Assembly: GCA_030390025.1 (NCBI GenBank)
Contig: CM059431.1
Location: 149,546,001-149,610,000 of the forward strand
Origin: Squalus acanthias
Lineage: Eukaryota
Reading direction: 5' to 3'
Length of the DNA stretch: 64,000 bases
Position 1 is the first letter of the stretch. The number at the start of each line of letters is the position of its first letter. The notes below the pieces were generated by a model, which saw only the letters and a list, made by a program, of their open reading frames with translations, was not told the origin of the DNA and ran no database searches. The translations under genes and the position numbers were made by a program. Of the stretch, positions 63,401 through 64,000 are shown piece after piece.

Positions 63401-64000
63401 AGCAGTGTGTTATAGTGAGAGGTGCGGGGTATATCAGAGTGTAACAGTGAGGGGAGTGGGGTAAATCAGAGTATTACATTGAGGTGTGTGGGGTAAATCA
63501 GAATGTTACTAGTGAGGTGTGTGGGAAATATCAGTGTTTTACAATGAGTGGTGTGCGGTATATCACTGTGTTATAGTGAGGGTTCTGCGGGACATCAGAG
63601 TGTTACAGTATTGGGTGAGTCGTGTATCAGAGTGTTGCTGTGAGAGGTGTGGGATATGTAAGAGTGCTTCGGGAGTGTGGTGTATATCACAGTGTTACAG
63701 TTATGGATGTGTGGCATATCAGATTGTTACAGTGAGAGGTGTAGCGTATATCAGTGTGTTACAGTGAGGTGTGTGGTTTATATCAGCGTCTGACATTGTG
63801 GAGTATTTCATAGTGTTACAGTGAGCGGTGTGGGGGATATCAGAGTGTTACCATGAGGGGTGTTGGGTATATCAGAGAGCGTTACATTGAGTGGTGTGGG
63901 ATATATCAGACGGTTACTGGGTTGTGGGGTACATCAGATTGTTACAGTGAGCGGTGTGGTGTATATCAGAGTGTTACAGTGAAGACTGTGGGGAATAGCA

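Larger units (their letters stand above)
55705..64000. repeat. 32-bp G/T-rich satellite running off the window end, interrupted by two CR1 copies
   Basis: Approximate unit TATATCAGAGTGTTACAGTGAGGGGTGTGGGG. An 84-bp higher-order unit is visible at 55808, 55892 and 55976. Confidence 0.95.

Noticed and set aside
55705..64000. Telomeric repeat
   Set aside because: There are no (TTAGGG)n runs; the unit is a 32-bp satellite.

Overview
Eukaryotic, repeat-dense genomic DNA, most likely from a cartilaginous fish (inferred from the CR1/L2/RTE/Penelope/Deu-SINE repertoire and the receptor family, not from a database search). I find one plausible host gene: a two-exon class A orphan GPCR of the GPR139/GPR142-like type (exon 1 37415-37595, exon 2 52308-53209, phase-1 intron of ~14.7 kb, 360 aa if spliced). 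The rest is satellite DNA (80, 57, 68, 61, 51, 32 and 27 bp units), CT/GA low-complexity blocks and nested mobile elements. These include many decayed CR1 LINEs, one young CR1 with a 670-aa uninterrupted RT ORF, L2-group and RTE LINEs, Penelope fragments, a Harbinger transposase remnant and two Harbinger-type MITEs. Most notable observations: (1) a ~540 bp intronic palindrome with an intact minimal hammerhead ribozyme core on each strand; (2) dead copies of GPCR exon 1 inside its own intron, suggesting exon-1 replacement; (3) an ~11 kb inverted duplication with satellite-filled arms; (4) an 11-unit YY1-motif tandem array 3' of the GPCR. Mobile-element boundaries were read by eye and are approximate.
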